Shown here: positions 43,119-52,778 of the stretch, piece by piece
Layout: each line of letters starts with the position of its first letter
How positions within the stretch are numbered: position 1 is the first letter of the stretch
Source: Anaerovoracaceae bacterium
GTDB taxonomy: Bacteria; Actinomycetota; Coriobacteriia; Coriobacteriales; Atopobiaceae
DNA: 57,427 nucleotides
Direction: 5' to 3'
Assembly (NCBI GenBank): GCA_963641675.1
Contig: CAVIES010000001.1
Location: 1 to 57,427 of the forward strand
The notes under the pieces: generated by a model
Databases searched by the model: none
Told to the model about the DNA's origin: nothing
Seen by the model: only the letters and a program-made list of their open reading frames with translations
Program-made: the position numbers and the translations under genes

Positions 43119-44557
43119 GTTACACCCCTCCGCTGTCGCTGGTGCCGTTCTTCACAAGCGAGCAGTTCATCTCCCTCGTGGTGGGGCCGGTCGGCTCCAC
43201 CAAGACAACCGCAGGGATCATGAAGATTGCCTACCATGCGGCTCGCATGGCGGCGTGCTCTGACGGCGTTCGCCGCTCCCGATGCGTGTGGATACGTAAC
43301 ACAAGGGAACAGCTCCGAGACACATCAATCCCGGACTTCCTCTCATGGTTCCCGCCGGGGGTTGCGGGCGAGTACGCCAAGACCTACAACGAGTTCACGC
43401 TGAAGTTCAACGACGTTGAGTGCAAGGTGATGTTCCGCGGCCTGGACGACCAGGACGACGTGAAGCGTCTGCTGTCCTTGCAGATCTCGTTCGCTGTGAT
43501 GGATGAGTTCCGAGAGATCAACCCTGAGATCTTCAAGACGGTGCAGGGCCGCCTTGGGCGCTACCCTGACAAGAAGATGGTGCCTCCGCGCCCTGAGTGG
43601 GGCAAGGACGAGAAGGGCTACCCCATCGGCGGCTGTGTGACCGATGACGGCAAGCCCAACGCGCACATATGGGGCATGACCAACCCCCCGGACATGGATA
43701 CGTTCTGGGAAGGGTTCCTGACGACCCCGCCGTCCAACTGCCACGTCACTATCCAGCCCGGTGGCAACGACCCGAAGGCTGACTGGCTGGAATTCCTGCC
43801 GCCTGACTACTATACGAACCTCGCAGTGGGCAAAGACCCCGACTGGATCGATGTCTACATCAACTCGAAGTTCGGCAAGTCACTGGCAGGCATGCCTGTG
43901 TTCCGATCGTTCTCGAGGTCGCTGCATGTCTCAGACGGCCAGCTCAACTACAGCCGCAACCGCAACGCCCCCATCATCGTTGGTATGGACGTGGCCTTGC
44001 ACCCTGCGGCAGTGTTCGGGCAGGTGGACTACAAGGGGCGCATCCTGATTTACGACGTGTGCTCAGCTACAGGCATGGGTGCGCAGAAGTTCATCCGTGA
44101 GAAGGTGAAGCCCATTCTGGAGCAGAGGTTCCCCGGACATCCTGCTATCTTCATCATTGACCCGGCGGGCAACACCCGCGCGCAGACCGACGAGAAGACT
44201 GTACTGGACGTGATCCGAGCCGAGGGACTGGCCGTACGTACGGCCTCTACCAACGTGCTCCAGGCTCGTCTGGGTGCTGTGGACGCGGCGCTGAGTCGGG
44301 TTGTGGATGGGGAGCCGTACCTCCTTATTGACGGGACGCACTGCGCGGACCTTGTCACCTGCCTCTCGGGCAAGTATCGTTACAGGCGGAAGAAAGACGG
44401 CGAAGCCGAAGATCAGCCGGAAAAGAGTCACCCGTGGTCAGACATTGCGGACGCACTGCAATATCTGTGCTTGCACGCCGACACAAGCGGCGTCTACAAC
44501 CAAGAGGGCAACGTTCAAGCCGTGCCCGTCAAGAAGGTGAACTACCGATATGTTTGA
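43103..44557 (+). CDS. Terminase large subunit
   Basis: Walker A GPVGSTKT, RNT..QLRDT, Walker B AVMDE, TNPP, VGMD, DPAG, DIADALQY; TTG start. Confidence 0.92.
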   Translation: MGQALSYTPPLSLVPFFTSEQFISLVVGPVGSTKTTAGIMKIAYHAARMAACSDGVRRSRCVWIRNTREQLRDTSIPDFLSWFPPGVAGEYAKTYNEFTLKFNDVECKVMFRGLDDQDDVKRLLSLQISFAVMDEFREINPEIFKTVQGRLGRYPDKKMVPPRPEWGKDEKGYPIGGCVTDDGKPNAHIWGMTNPPDMDTFWEGFLTTPPSNCHVTIQPGGNDPKADWLEFLPPDYYTNLAVGKDPDWIDVYINSKFGKSLAGMPVFRSFSRSLHVSDGQLNYSRNRNAPIIVGMDVALHPAAVFGQVDYKGRILIYDVCSATGMGAQKFIREKVKPILEQRFPGHPAIFIIDPAGNTRAQTDEKTVLDVIRAEGLAVRTASTNVLQARLGAVDAALSRVVDGEPYLLIDGTHCADLVTCLSGKYRYRRKKDGEAEDQPEKSHPWSDIADALQYLCLHADTSGVYNQEGNVQAVPVKKVNYRYV

Positions 44558-46715
44558 GGAAAAGAAAGAAACCGCCCTGCCGATGAATATCACGCAGGCG
44601 GCGGCTCCGGGGGTTGTCAATGTAGGCGGCATCCTGGAGATCCGCAGTGCTGACCAGCTCATTGCTGATGAGAAGGCCAAGGCTGAGGAGGACAACGACC
44701 AGTCTGTCGTGCAGGGGCTTGCGGGTTACGTCCGTGCCTGCTGGCAGGAAGCCCGTGACGCCAAGGAGAACACGGTTGAGCCGCGCATGCTCTCCGCGCT
44801 CCGCCAGCGTAAGGGCGAGTATGACCCTGACATGCTTGCGCAGCTGCAAAAGCAGGGTTCTACACCGATTTTCATGCTCATCACGAGCAACAAGTGCCGT
44901 GCGGGTGCCTCCTGGCTCCGTGAGGCGCTTGACGGGCTGCCGTGGAGCGCGAAGCCCACGCCTGTGAGTGACGTCGACGACGAGACCAAGGGCGCCATCA
45001 TTGAGGCTGCGTCTCAGCAGGTCTACATGGCGCTGATGAACGGCTATCGCCCCTCCAACGCTGAAGTGAAGGAGTTTATGCTCGCTGTGCGAGATCAAGC
45101 CTTCGCGAAGATCCAGGAGGCTGCCAAGCAGCGTGCTGAGCGCATGACGGAGAAGATGAAGGACCAGCTCATTGAGGGCGGGTTCCCCGAGGCAATGGAC
45201 CAGTTCATTGATGACCTCGTTACGTTCCCGGCGGCTGTCCTGAAGGGCCCGGTCGTGCGCAAGCGTCCGCAGTTGAAGTGGATGAACATGAAGTCCTCTC
45301 AGCCTACGGTGGACGTGGTCGAGGCCTTCCGCCTTGAGTGGGAGCGCGTGGACCCCTTCAACATCTATCCTGCTCCAGATGCTACGAGTGTGGACGACGG
45401 CTATCTCATTGAGCGTCACAAACTGTCGCGTGCTGATCTTGTGGCCATGCGTGACGTTGAGGGCTACAGCTCTGCGGCCATCAACTCTGCCCTTGATGAG
45501 TACGGTCGCGGCGGCCTGCAGGACTGGCTCACGGTTGACAGCCAGCGCATGGTGGTCGAGGACAAGGGCTTCCGCACGATGAACAACCCCTCGGAGCTCA
45601 TTGATGCTCTGCAGTTCTGGGGCTCCGTGCAGGGGCAGAAGCTCCTCGACTGGGGCATGGGTGATGAGATCACGGTTGAAGACCCGCTCGCTGAGTACCA
45701 CCTCGAGGTGTGGCTCGTTGGACGCTGGGTCATCAAGGCAGTGGTCAATCCTGACCCCTTGCACCGTAAGCCTTACTACAAGACTTCTTGGGAGAACGTC
45801 CCAGGATGCTTCTGGGGCAAGTCCATCCCTGACCTCTGCAAGGATACGCAGGCGGTGTGCAACGCAGCGGCACGAGCCCTTGTGGACAACATGGGCATCA
45901 GTTCAGGGCCGCAGGTGTGCGTTGACGTGGCTCGCCTCCCGGCGGGCGCTGAGATCTCCGAGATGTACCCGTGGAAGATCTGGCAGGTGAAAGACAACGG
46001 TATCGGCTCGGGTGCGAACCCACCGGTGAACTTCTTCCAGCCGGGGAGTAATTCTCAGGAGCTCATGCTGATCTTCGAGAAGTTCTCAACGTTGGCTGAT
46101 GAATACACAGGCATTCCGCGCTACATGACGGGCAATGCCAATGTGGGTGGTGCGGCTTCGACGGCTTCAGGTATGTCGATGCTTCTCTCCAACGCGGGCA
46201 AGACGATTAAGAACGTCGTGACCTCTGTGGACCGCATCATGCAGCCCGCTATTGAGCGCTTGTACATGTACAACATGATGTACCTGGACGACCCCGAGCT
46301 GAAGGGCGACGTAAACATCGTAGCCGAAGGTGCAGAGAGCTTGATCCGTCAGCAGCAACAGCAACAGAAACTCAATGAGTTCTTCAACATCGCTGTGGCT
46401 AACCCGGTCGTCACTCAGCTCATCGGCTCTGAAGGCGTAGCTTACCTGCTCCGAGAGATCGTGAAGCAGCTGGGCATCGACACGGACCAGGTGGTGCCGA
46501 GTCTCCCGGTGTTGCGAGCCAAGCAGGCCATCCAGAACATGGCCGCTGCACAGCAACAGCTTGCTGCACAGCAGGCGCAGGCTCAGGGGCAGCCCCAGGC
46601 AGGGGGTGACCAGGCCAAGCCGGGGAATGACCTCGACCAGCGGCGTCTGTTGAACGGAGATCCTCAGCAGGTGACACGAGCTGGAACCGGCCAGAACCTT
46701 CAGGCCGGGGCTTAA
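44550..46715 (+). CDS. Portal protein
   Basis: 721 aa after TerL; RVDPFNIYPAP, GCFWGKSIP, ADEYTGIP, TASGMSML; Q-rich C-terminal barrel. Confidence 0.9.
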   Translation: MFEEKKETALPMNITQAAAPGVVNVGGILEIRSADQLIADEKAKAEEDNDQSVVQGLAGYVRACWQEARDAKENTVEPRMLSALRQRKGEYDPDMLAQLQKQGSTPIFMLITSNKCRAGASWLREALDGLPWSAKPTPVSDVDDETKGAIIEAASQQVYMALMNGYRPSNAEVKEFMLAVRDQAFAKIQEAAKQRAERMTEKMKDQLIEGGFPEAMDQFIDDLVTFPAAVLKGPVVRKRPQLKWMNMKSSQPTVDVVEAFRLEWERVDPFNIYPAPDATSVDDGYLIERHKLSRADLVAMRDVEGYSSAAINSALDEYGRGGLQDWLTVDSQRMVVEDKGFRTMNNPSELIDALQFWGSVQGQKLLDWGMGDEITVEDPLAEYHLEVWLVGRWVIKAVVNPDPLHRKPYYKTSWENVPGCFWGKSIPDLCKDTQAVCNAAARALVDNMGISSGPQVCVDVARLPAGAEISEMYPWKIWQVKDNGIGSGANPPVNFFQPGSNSQELMLIFEKFSTLADEYTGIPRYMTGNANVGGAASTASGMSMLLSNAGKTIKNVVTSVDRIMQPAIERLYMYNMMYLDDPELKGDVNIVAEGAESLIRQQQQQQKLNEFFNIAVANPVVTQLIGSEGVAYLLREIVKQLGIDTDQVVPSLPVLRAKQAIQNMAAAQQQLAAQQAQAQGQPQAGGDQAKPGNDLDQRRLLNGDPQQVTRAGTGQNLQAGA

Positions 46716-46730
46716 CACGTTTATAATAGG

Positions 46731-46760
46731 TTGACACACGTGTACCATAGGGTTTATACT
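46731..46760 (+). promoter_or_regulatory. Sigma70-type promoter upstream of scaffold/capsid genes
   Basis: TTGACA-18 bp-TATACT. Confidence 0.55.
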
Positions 46761-46982
46761 GATGCCGGATTCTCGGAAAAGCGCATTGAGTCTGTCCTTC
46801 GGGACTTGAGTCAAGAAGCGTTTTTACCGTTTATCCGGTTTCTGGAGGACCGTCTCGCCACTGCGCGTGAGACCCTGGAAAACGCTACAGAACCAGCTAC
46901 TCTGTATCGGGCACAGGGCCATGCAAAAGAGGTTGAGGACATTCTTGAAACCATAGCGGCTTGCCGCAACAAACTTGGCTGA
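46731..46982 (+). CDS. Small head-module protein (start uncertain)
   Basis: LYRAQG..A..IL motif between portal and scaffold. Confidence 0.55.
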   Translation: MTHVYHRVYTDAGFSEKRIESVLRDLSQEAFLPFIRFLEDRLATARETLENATEPATLYRAQGHAKEVEDILETIAACRNKLG

Positions 46983-47014
46983 CCGTAAAGTCGGAGCCGG
47001 GGAGAAAAAAGTAA

Positions 47015-47953
47015 ATGACATTGCCAGAAGCAATCCAGCGTCAGGCGGACTTCGCTGACCAGTACGACGCCCAGATGGCCGCACAGGCCGGGGCCGAGAA
47101 CGGCGGAACGACGGGTATTGTGCCCGCTCAGCAAGTGACCGAAGAAGCAGGAAAAGCACAGACAGTGCAGACACAGACTACGAATCCCGTTGAGTCTGAG
47201 ACTGACAAGCTTCGCGCTCGCTACAGTTCCCTTAAGGGTAAGTACGACAGCGAGGTGCCTCGTCTCAATGACCGCAACAAGGAACTGGAAGATCGAATCC
47301 AGCAGCTGTTGGAAGAGAACGCCCAGCTCCGCGAGCAGTCGGCTCAGAGGGAAGCGGATGCAGCAGGTGGTCTGACGGATGACGATGAGTCCCAGTTTGG
47401 GGCTGAAACCGTTGACCTGGTCAGACGTGGTGTGGCTGAGGGAGTCGCCGCTCAGCGTGTGGAGATCGAGAAACTTCGTTCCGAGCTCCAGCGCCAGAAG
47501 GAGGCCGCCCAGAAGGCGGAACAGGAATCGCTCAAGCGCCGTGATGCTGAGTTCGTAGCCACGATGAACAAACTGGTTCCGGGCTGGCTTGACCAGAACG
47601 AAGACCAGGGGTTCGTTCGCTGGCTTAAGGCCGTTGACCCTGTCTACGGTTTCCTCCGTCAGGACATGCTGACGAAGGCGGCTAACAGCTACGACGCGAA
47701 TACGGTTGCCTCGATCTTCAACCAGTACCGCAGTGAGCTCGCGCAGCAGAAGGAGAACTCTCCTCTTGCGGCTCAGGTCACTCCCACGCATACCGCAGGC
47801 TCGAGCACGCCGAGTGCTCCGATGAAGTGGACTTCTGAAGCCATTGCAAAGTTCTACGACGATGCTCGGCGAGGGAAGTACACGGAAGAGGAGATCTCCC
47901 GACTCGAGAAGGAAATTGATGACGCTGTTGCGTCCGGTCAGGTCAGATACTGA
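47015..47953 (+). CDS. Head scaffolding protein
   Basis: Y.SLKGKYDSEVPRL coiled coil, VPGW..N.D.GF..WL, C-terminal EIDDAVASGQV; precedes capsid. Confidence 0.8.
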   Translation: MTLPEAIQRQADFADQYDAQMAAQAGAENGGTTGIVPAQQVTEEAGKAQTVQTQTTNPVESETDKLRARYSSLKGKYDSEVPRLNDRNKELEDRIQQLLEENAQLREQSAQREADAAGGLTDDDESQFGAETVDLVRRGVAEGVAAQRVEIEKLRSELQRQKEAAQKAEQESLKRRDAEFVATMNKLVPGWLDQNEDQGFVRWLKAVDPVYGFLRQDMLTKAANSYDANTVASIFNQYRSELAQQKENSPLAAQVTPTHTAGSSTPSAPMKWTSEAIAKFYDDARRGKYTEEEISRLEKEIDDAVASGQVRY

Positions 47954-48006
47954 TTTTTCCTCGGTAAGCCTCAACACCCGGCGCGACGGCATTTAGGGAG
48001 ACCTTA

Positions 48007-49071
48007 ATGACGACTATCAACCCGGGTGTTGTTACCCCGATTAATTCTCAGCAGTGGGGCCCGCAGACTGCGGTTGCTGCCCCCTCCACCCCGTACTCCG
48101 GTACCTTCATCCCGACCGTCTGGTCTGGCAAGCTCGCGAAGAAGTTCTACGCGTCCACCATTTTCGGTGCGATTGCGAACAGCGACTGGTACGGCGAAAT
48201 CTCCAACATGGGCGATAAGGTGATCATCAATACGATCCCCGACATCACCGTGAAGCCGTACAAGGTTGGCATGCAGCTGGAATACGAAGTTCCGCAGGGT
48301 GAAACCTTTGAACTCGTTGTTGACGAAGGCAACTACTACGCCGTGAATGTCAACGACGTGATGGAATACCAGTCCAAGCCCCAGCTGATGAACATGTTCA
48401 CGACCGATGCGGCTCAGCAGATGAAGCTCGCCGTCGACGCTCGTGGCATTGCGAAGACCTTCTTCGACGACAAGGGCGCCCTCAAGACGGATGAGAAGGG
48501 CTACAAGGCTGTGTGGAGCAAGAACGTCGGCGCCACCGCTGGTGCTCGCACGGGTGCCTATAACCTTGGTACGGATGACGCGCCTGTCGCGCTCACCCCG
48601 GACAACATCCTGTCCTACATCACCCAGCTTTCTACGGTGCTCGACGAAGCCGACATCCCCGAAGATGGCCGCTACCTCGTCATTACGCCGTACGAACGCC
48701 AGATCCTCATGAACTCCAACCTGGCACAGGCTCAGTTCATGGGTGACTCCAAGAGCGTCCTGCGCAACGGCCTCATCGGTCGCATCGATCGCTTCGACAT
48801 CTACATCAACAACCTCCTGCCGCGCGCGAAGGCTGGTGAAACGTGGGATACGAAGGCTGACGGCTTCACGCCTGGCACGAGCTCTGGTGCTCAGAAGCGC
48901 CACCTCATCTGGGCTGGTCAGAAGAGCGGCATCAGCTTCGCTTCTCAGATCACCAAGACGGAAAACCTCCGCAACCCCAACGACTTCGGCTCTCTGGTCC
49001 GCGGTCTCAACATCTGGGGCACGCAGGTTGTTCAGGGCCAGTGCCTGGCCCCGATGATCGTCGCTAACTAA
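48007..49071 (+). CDS. Major capsid protein
   Basis: FIPTVWSGKL, GEISNMGDKVII, LDEADIPEDGR, GLIGRIDRFDIY, FGSLVRGL; strong codon bias. Confidence 0.92.
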   Translation: MTTINPGVVTPINSQQWGPQTAVAAPSTPYSGTFIPTVWSGKLAKKFYASTIFGAIANSDWYGEISNMGDKVIINTIPDITVKPYKVGMQLEYEVPQGETFELVVDEGNYYAVNVNDVMEYQSKPQLMNMFTTDAAQQMKLAVDARGIAKTFFDDKGALKTDEKGYKAVWSKNVGATAGARTGAYNLGTDDAPVALTPDNILSYITQLSTVLDEADIPEDGRYLVITPYERQILMNSNLAQAQFMGDSKSVLRNGLIGRIDRFDIYINNLLPRAKAGETWDTKADGFTPGTSSGAQKRHLIWAGQKSGISFASQITKTENLRNPNDFGSLVRGLNIWGTQVVQGQCLAPMIVAN

Positions 49072-49143
49072 AGGCTTTCGGGGGGCGGAGACTAGGTTTT
49101 CGTCTGGCTCTTTCCGCTCGTTTCCGTTCCCCGATTTCTCGAC

Positions 49144-49818
49144 ATGACACAGGCAATCGAAATCATCAAGCGGGCCGCCCGCATCTTGCAGGACCCCGAT
49201 TACGTCCGTTGGACGAAAGAGGAAATGCTCGTCTGGCTGTCCGAAGGACAAGTGGCGATTGCCCGCGTCCCCGGCACCTACACCAAGTTCGCAGTAGTGG
49301 AGCTGAAGGAAGGTGCCCGGCAAGCCCTGCCGTCTGACGCCTGGGGTCTTCTCACGATCACGCACAACGTGGATGAGGATGGCTCCCCGCTGAAGGCGGT
49401 TCGACTTGTCACGCGTTCGCTTCTGGACTGCTACGAGCCCAACTGGCATGGGGCACCTGAGCGGCAGATTGTCGAGAACTTTGTTTATGACGACCGTTCC
49501 CCCCGTGAGTTTTACGTCTACCCGCCCAATGACGGGTACGGGCGTGTGGAGATTAGCTACATGGCCATCCCCAAGGAGCTTACGGCGGAAACGGATGAAA
49601 CCGTGCTGGATGAGACGTTCGATCCAGCGCTTCTGAGCTATGTGCTCTACCGAGCCAACAGCAAGGATTCTGACTACGCGCCTGGCCTCACTCAGGCCTC
49701 GTCGTACTTCCAGTCGTACACGCAGGAGCTCACGAATGCCATGCAGGCGCGAGGGGCTTCCACGCCTAACGCGGCGCTTGTCCCTGGGGCGGCGAACGCT
49801 AACGGAGGCACAGAATGA
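49144..49818 (+). CDS. Head-tail adaptor-like virion protein (DUF6682-like)
   Basis: RAARILQD..VRWT..E...WL, FYVYPP, AL..YVLYRA..KD. Confidence 0.75.
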   Translation: MTQAIEIIKRAARILQDPDYVRWTKEEMLVWLSEGQVAIARVPGTYTKFAVVELKEGARQALPSDAWGLLTITHNVDEDGSPLKAVRLVTRSLLDCYEPNWHGAPERQIVENFVYDDRSPREFYVYPPNDGYGRVEISYMAIPKELTAETDETVLDETFDPALLSYVLYRANSKDSDYAPGLTQASSYFQSYTQELTNAMQARGASTPNAALVPGAANANGGTE

Positions 49819-50453
49819 GAGTAGTGCCAGTTGACCGCTTCGTGAAGTACATCACTCCGCAGGCGGAGAACTGCCCGGAGTTCGTGGTGCGTCGCGAGGT
49901 CATTGCTACCATCACGGACATGTGCCGTGAGACGGGGTGCATCACGGCTGAGACGTGCTTCACGGCGAAGCCTGACTTCATGGAGCACCTCATCCCAATG
50001 GCTGATGGGCTCAATGTGGAGCTGGTGCGCCACGCCTACTGCGACGGGCGGGAGCTGATGTCGGCCCGGCTTGATGAGCTGGCTACAGCCATGCGTGGTA
50101 CGGACTGGTTTGAGAAGGGCGGGCAGCCGCTCTACTACACCTTCAAGCGCAAGAACCTCCTGCGCTTGATCCCGCGTCCAGCTGAGGACGCCTTCGTGCG
50201 CTGTGACGTGCTGGTCAGTATCGACCGAGACGCGAAGCAGGTGCCCGAGCAGTTCTTCGAGGACTACCTCGACACGGTGGTTGCCGGGGCGCTGTCCCGC
50301 ATCTTTCGCATCGCTGGGCAGACCTACAGCAACATGCAGCTAGCTGAGCGCAATCTGATGGCCTACCAGCAGGGGCTGGTTGCCATTAAGAGCGAGGCCA
50401 TGCGTGACTTCACGCGTGCGGCGGGCAAGGTCAAATTTAATAGGATTGTGTGA
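49815..50453 (+). CDS. Second adaptor/tail-tube-A-like virion protein
   Basis: P...CP..V......DMC.ET, LIPRP, VAGALSR; ATGA-coupled. Confidence 0.65.
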   Translation: MRVVPVDRFVKYITPQAENCPEFVVRREVIATITDMCRETGCITAETCFTAKPDFMEHLIPMADGLNVELVRHAYCDGRELMSARLDELATAMRGTDWFEKGGQPLYYTFKRKNLLRLIPRPAEDAFVRCDVLVSIDRDAKQVPEQFFEDYLDTVVAGALSRIFRIAGQTYSNMQLAERNLMAYQQGLVAIKSEAMRDFTRAAGKVKFNRIV

Positions 50454-51415
50454 TGGGAGTTCTGGTAACTAACAACGCATGGGGTGAGCTGGCCGCGTCG
50501 ATCACGGCTACGACCACGCTCCTCACGCTGAAATCTGGCCAGGGGGAACGCTTCCCCACGGCTGTCGAGGGCACGAGCTGGTTCTACGTGACCCTCATTG
50601 ACGAGCAGAACAACCTCGAGATTGCTAAGTGCACGGCTCGTACGTCCGACTCCCTTACGGTGGTTCGTGGCGCGGATAACACGGAGCGCATCCCGTTCAA
50701 TACAGGGAGCCGCGTGGAGCTTCGCCCGTGCGCAGCGCTGTTCAACGACAAGCTTTCCCACGACGAGTGGGAGTCCGCTCGCGACTCGCTGAAGGCTGAC
50801 TTCACCAATACGCTGAACGAGACGACGAAGACCATCACCAACACCGTGGAGGGCATGCAGAGCTCCATGGCGAATGACTACGTCACGACGGCAGCACTTG
50901 AAAAGGCACTGTCCGAGAAGGATACGGCCAACGACAGTGAGTTCCTCTCTATCTCTGACGCTGCGAAGAAGTACCTTCCGCTCTCGGGCGGCACGATCTC
51001 TGGTGCTCTGAAGATCGAGGATAACTCGGCTTCTGGCCTCACCATGCGTGGGGGTGACCTGACGATTAGCAAGAAGACTGTCAACAACCAGAATCTCGGC
51101 GGCAACATCACTGCAGCTGGCACCATCAAGGGCGAGACCATCCGCTCTACGTCTGACCGCCGCATGAAGACGGACATTGTGCCCCTCCAGAATGCTGGAA
51201 AGATCATCGACGAGCTGAAGCCTGTTTCCTTTAAGTGGAAGAGCGACGGGCATCCGTCCTTCGGGTTCATTGCTCAGGATGTTCAGCAGGTCATCCCTGA
51301 AATCGTGCACGGAGACGAACGGCACGGCTACGCAATGGAATACAACTGCATCATCCCGTTCCTTGTGGCTGAAGTTCAGACCCTGCGCAAGGAAATTGAG
51401 GAGTTGAAGAAATGA
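50450..51415 (+). CDS. Tail fibre with C-terminal intramolecular chaperone (peptidase S74-type)
   Basis: NNA..L..SI N-terminus, YLPLSGGTISG, TSDRRMKTDI, GFIAQDV. Confidence 0.85.
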   Translation: MMGVLVTNNAWGELAASITATTTLLTLKSGQGERFPTAVEGTSWFYVTLIDEQNNLEIAKCTARTSDSLTVVRGADNTERIPFNTGSRVELRPCAALFNDKLSHDEWESARDSLKADFTNTLNETTKTITNTVEGMQSSMANDYVTTAALEKALSEKDTANDSEFLSISDAAKKYLPLSGGTISGALKIEDNSASGLTMRGGDLTISKKTVNNQNLGGNITAAGTIKGETIRSTSDRRMKTDIVPLQNAGKIIDELKPVSFKWKSDGHPSFGFIAQDVQQVIPEIVHGDERHGYAMEYNCIIPFLVAEVQTLRKEIEELKK

Positions 51416-51708
51416 AGTACTTGAGTGACGGGCGCTATATGCAGAAGCCCGAGGACGTCGTGGACGCGCTTGCGGGCGTGATAGGTCTGACGGTTCGCTC
51501 ATGCGACGATGCCACGGGCATGGGAGCCCGACGCTACAGCCTCTGTGGTGAGGAGGTAGCGAAGGTGTTCCCGTTCGCTGCTACGACTGACGGTGTGGGC
51601 ATGTATCGCGTGGACTACGAGATGCTTGTGCCCGTGCTTGTGCAGGCCATCAAGGAGCTCGCCGCGCAGAAGGCAGCCACCAAGAAGAAGACCACCAAGT
51701 CGGAGTAA
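51412..51708 (+). CDS. Stand-alone S74-chaperone-like fragment
   Basis: EEV.KVFP.A..VDYEMLVPVLVQAIKEL. Confidence 0.7.
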   Translation: MKYLSDGRYMQKPEDVVDALAGVIGLTVRSCDDATGMGARRYSLCGEEVAKVFPFAATTDGVGMYRVDYEMLVPVLVQAIKELAAQKAATKKKTTKSE

Positions 51709-51711
51709 CTT

Positions 51712-52146
51712 ATGGGCGAGTCCACGAAGCCTGAGGTCGAGCTCGCCGCCGTAAAGACGGAGCTTAGATTGATTGCGAAGACACTTGACGAGGTCAAGGC
51801 GTCTCTGCGTGAGGTGAGCACCCTCAGCTCTACCCTGAACCAGATTGCCACGAGCCAGAAGAACTACGAGCAGAAGTTTCAGGACGTGGACACCCGCATC
51901 GGTGACCTTGAGACTCGGCAGGCCAACAACACGGCCTTCCTGAACAAGATCCGGGGCTCGGTCACCACCTCTGCATGGATCGTCCGTGCTGTTGAAGCTG
52001 CTCTGATTGGTGCCGTGGGGTACATGTACACCACGATCATGGATACGCGTGAGCAGGTGATTACCATGAACAATCAGGTGCAGTACCTCGAACGTGAGCA
52101 TCAGTCCATCCTTAAGGAGCTGGCTCGCGGGGCTAAGGGTGAATGA
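51712..52146 (+). CDS. Coiled-coil single-TM protein, holin candidate
   Basis: One hydrophobic segment; directly upstream of the lysozyme gene. Confidence 0.5.
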   Translation: MGESTKPEVELAAVKTELRLIAKTLDEVKASLREVSTLSSTLNQIATSQKNYEQKFQDVDTRIGDLETRQANNTAFLNKIRGSVTTSAWIVRAVEAALIGAVGYMYTTIMDTREQVITMNNQVQYLEREHQSILKELARGAKGE

Positions 52147-52778
52147 TGGACTGGAAGAAGCCTGCTGTCGCTGCCTCAGCTGCCGGGGTCATCCTGATCT
52201 CGTGGTTCGAGGGCTACTCGCCGAAGGCCACTCAGCCCCTTGCAGGGGATAAGTGGACGGTGGGTTTTGGCCACACGGAGCAGGTGACACCTAGCACGAC
52301 TACGACGCTTGAGCAGGCCTTTCGACTGCTCAAAGTGGATGTGACCAGGGCAGAGCGGGTGGTGCGGGAGTATGTCAAGGTGACGCTCAACCAGAACCAG
52401 TTTGACGCCCTGACATGCCTCGTGTTCAACATCGGCTCAGCAGCCTTCGTGCGGTCCACGCTCCTGAAGCGCGTGAATGCCGGGGACGTAGAGGGCGTGA
52501 AGCGCGAGTGGATGCGTTGGAAGTACTTCAACGGGAAGGTGGTACAGGGACTGGAGAGACGTCGTGAACTGGAGCTGGCTGTTTACCTTGGTAAGCAAGC
52601 GCAAGTGGTCGTTGGCGACCGTGTATGTTATAGCGCTGGGAATTGCTACGATTTCAGCAGTCTATTGGCGAGCCAGGTATCTCAGTCAGATGGAGCTGAG
52701 TACGGCGGAGACGACGAGAGCGAATACAGCAACAAAGGTAGTGGACGCTCTGCAGGCAAAGCTGAAGGAGGAGCATGA
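52143..52778 (+). CDS. GH24 lysozyme (endolysin), possible SAR N-terminus, C-terminal extension
   Basis: FEG..DKWTVGFGHT, LNQNQFDAL..FNIG, STLLK, GLERRR. Confidence 0.92.
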   Translation: MMDWKKPAVAASAAGVILISWFEGYSPKATQPLAGDKWTVGFGHTEQVTPSTTTTLEQAFRLLKVDVTRAERVVREYVKVTLNQNQFDALTCLVFNIGSAAFVRSTLLKRVNAGDVEGVKREWMRWKYFNGKVVQGLERRRELELAVYLGKQAQVVVGDRVCYSAGNCYDFSSLLASQVSQSDGAEYGGDDESEYSNKGSGRSAGKAEGGA

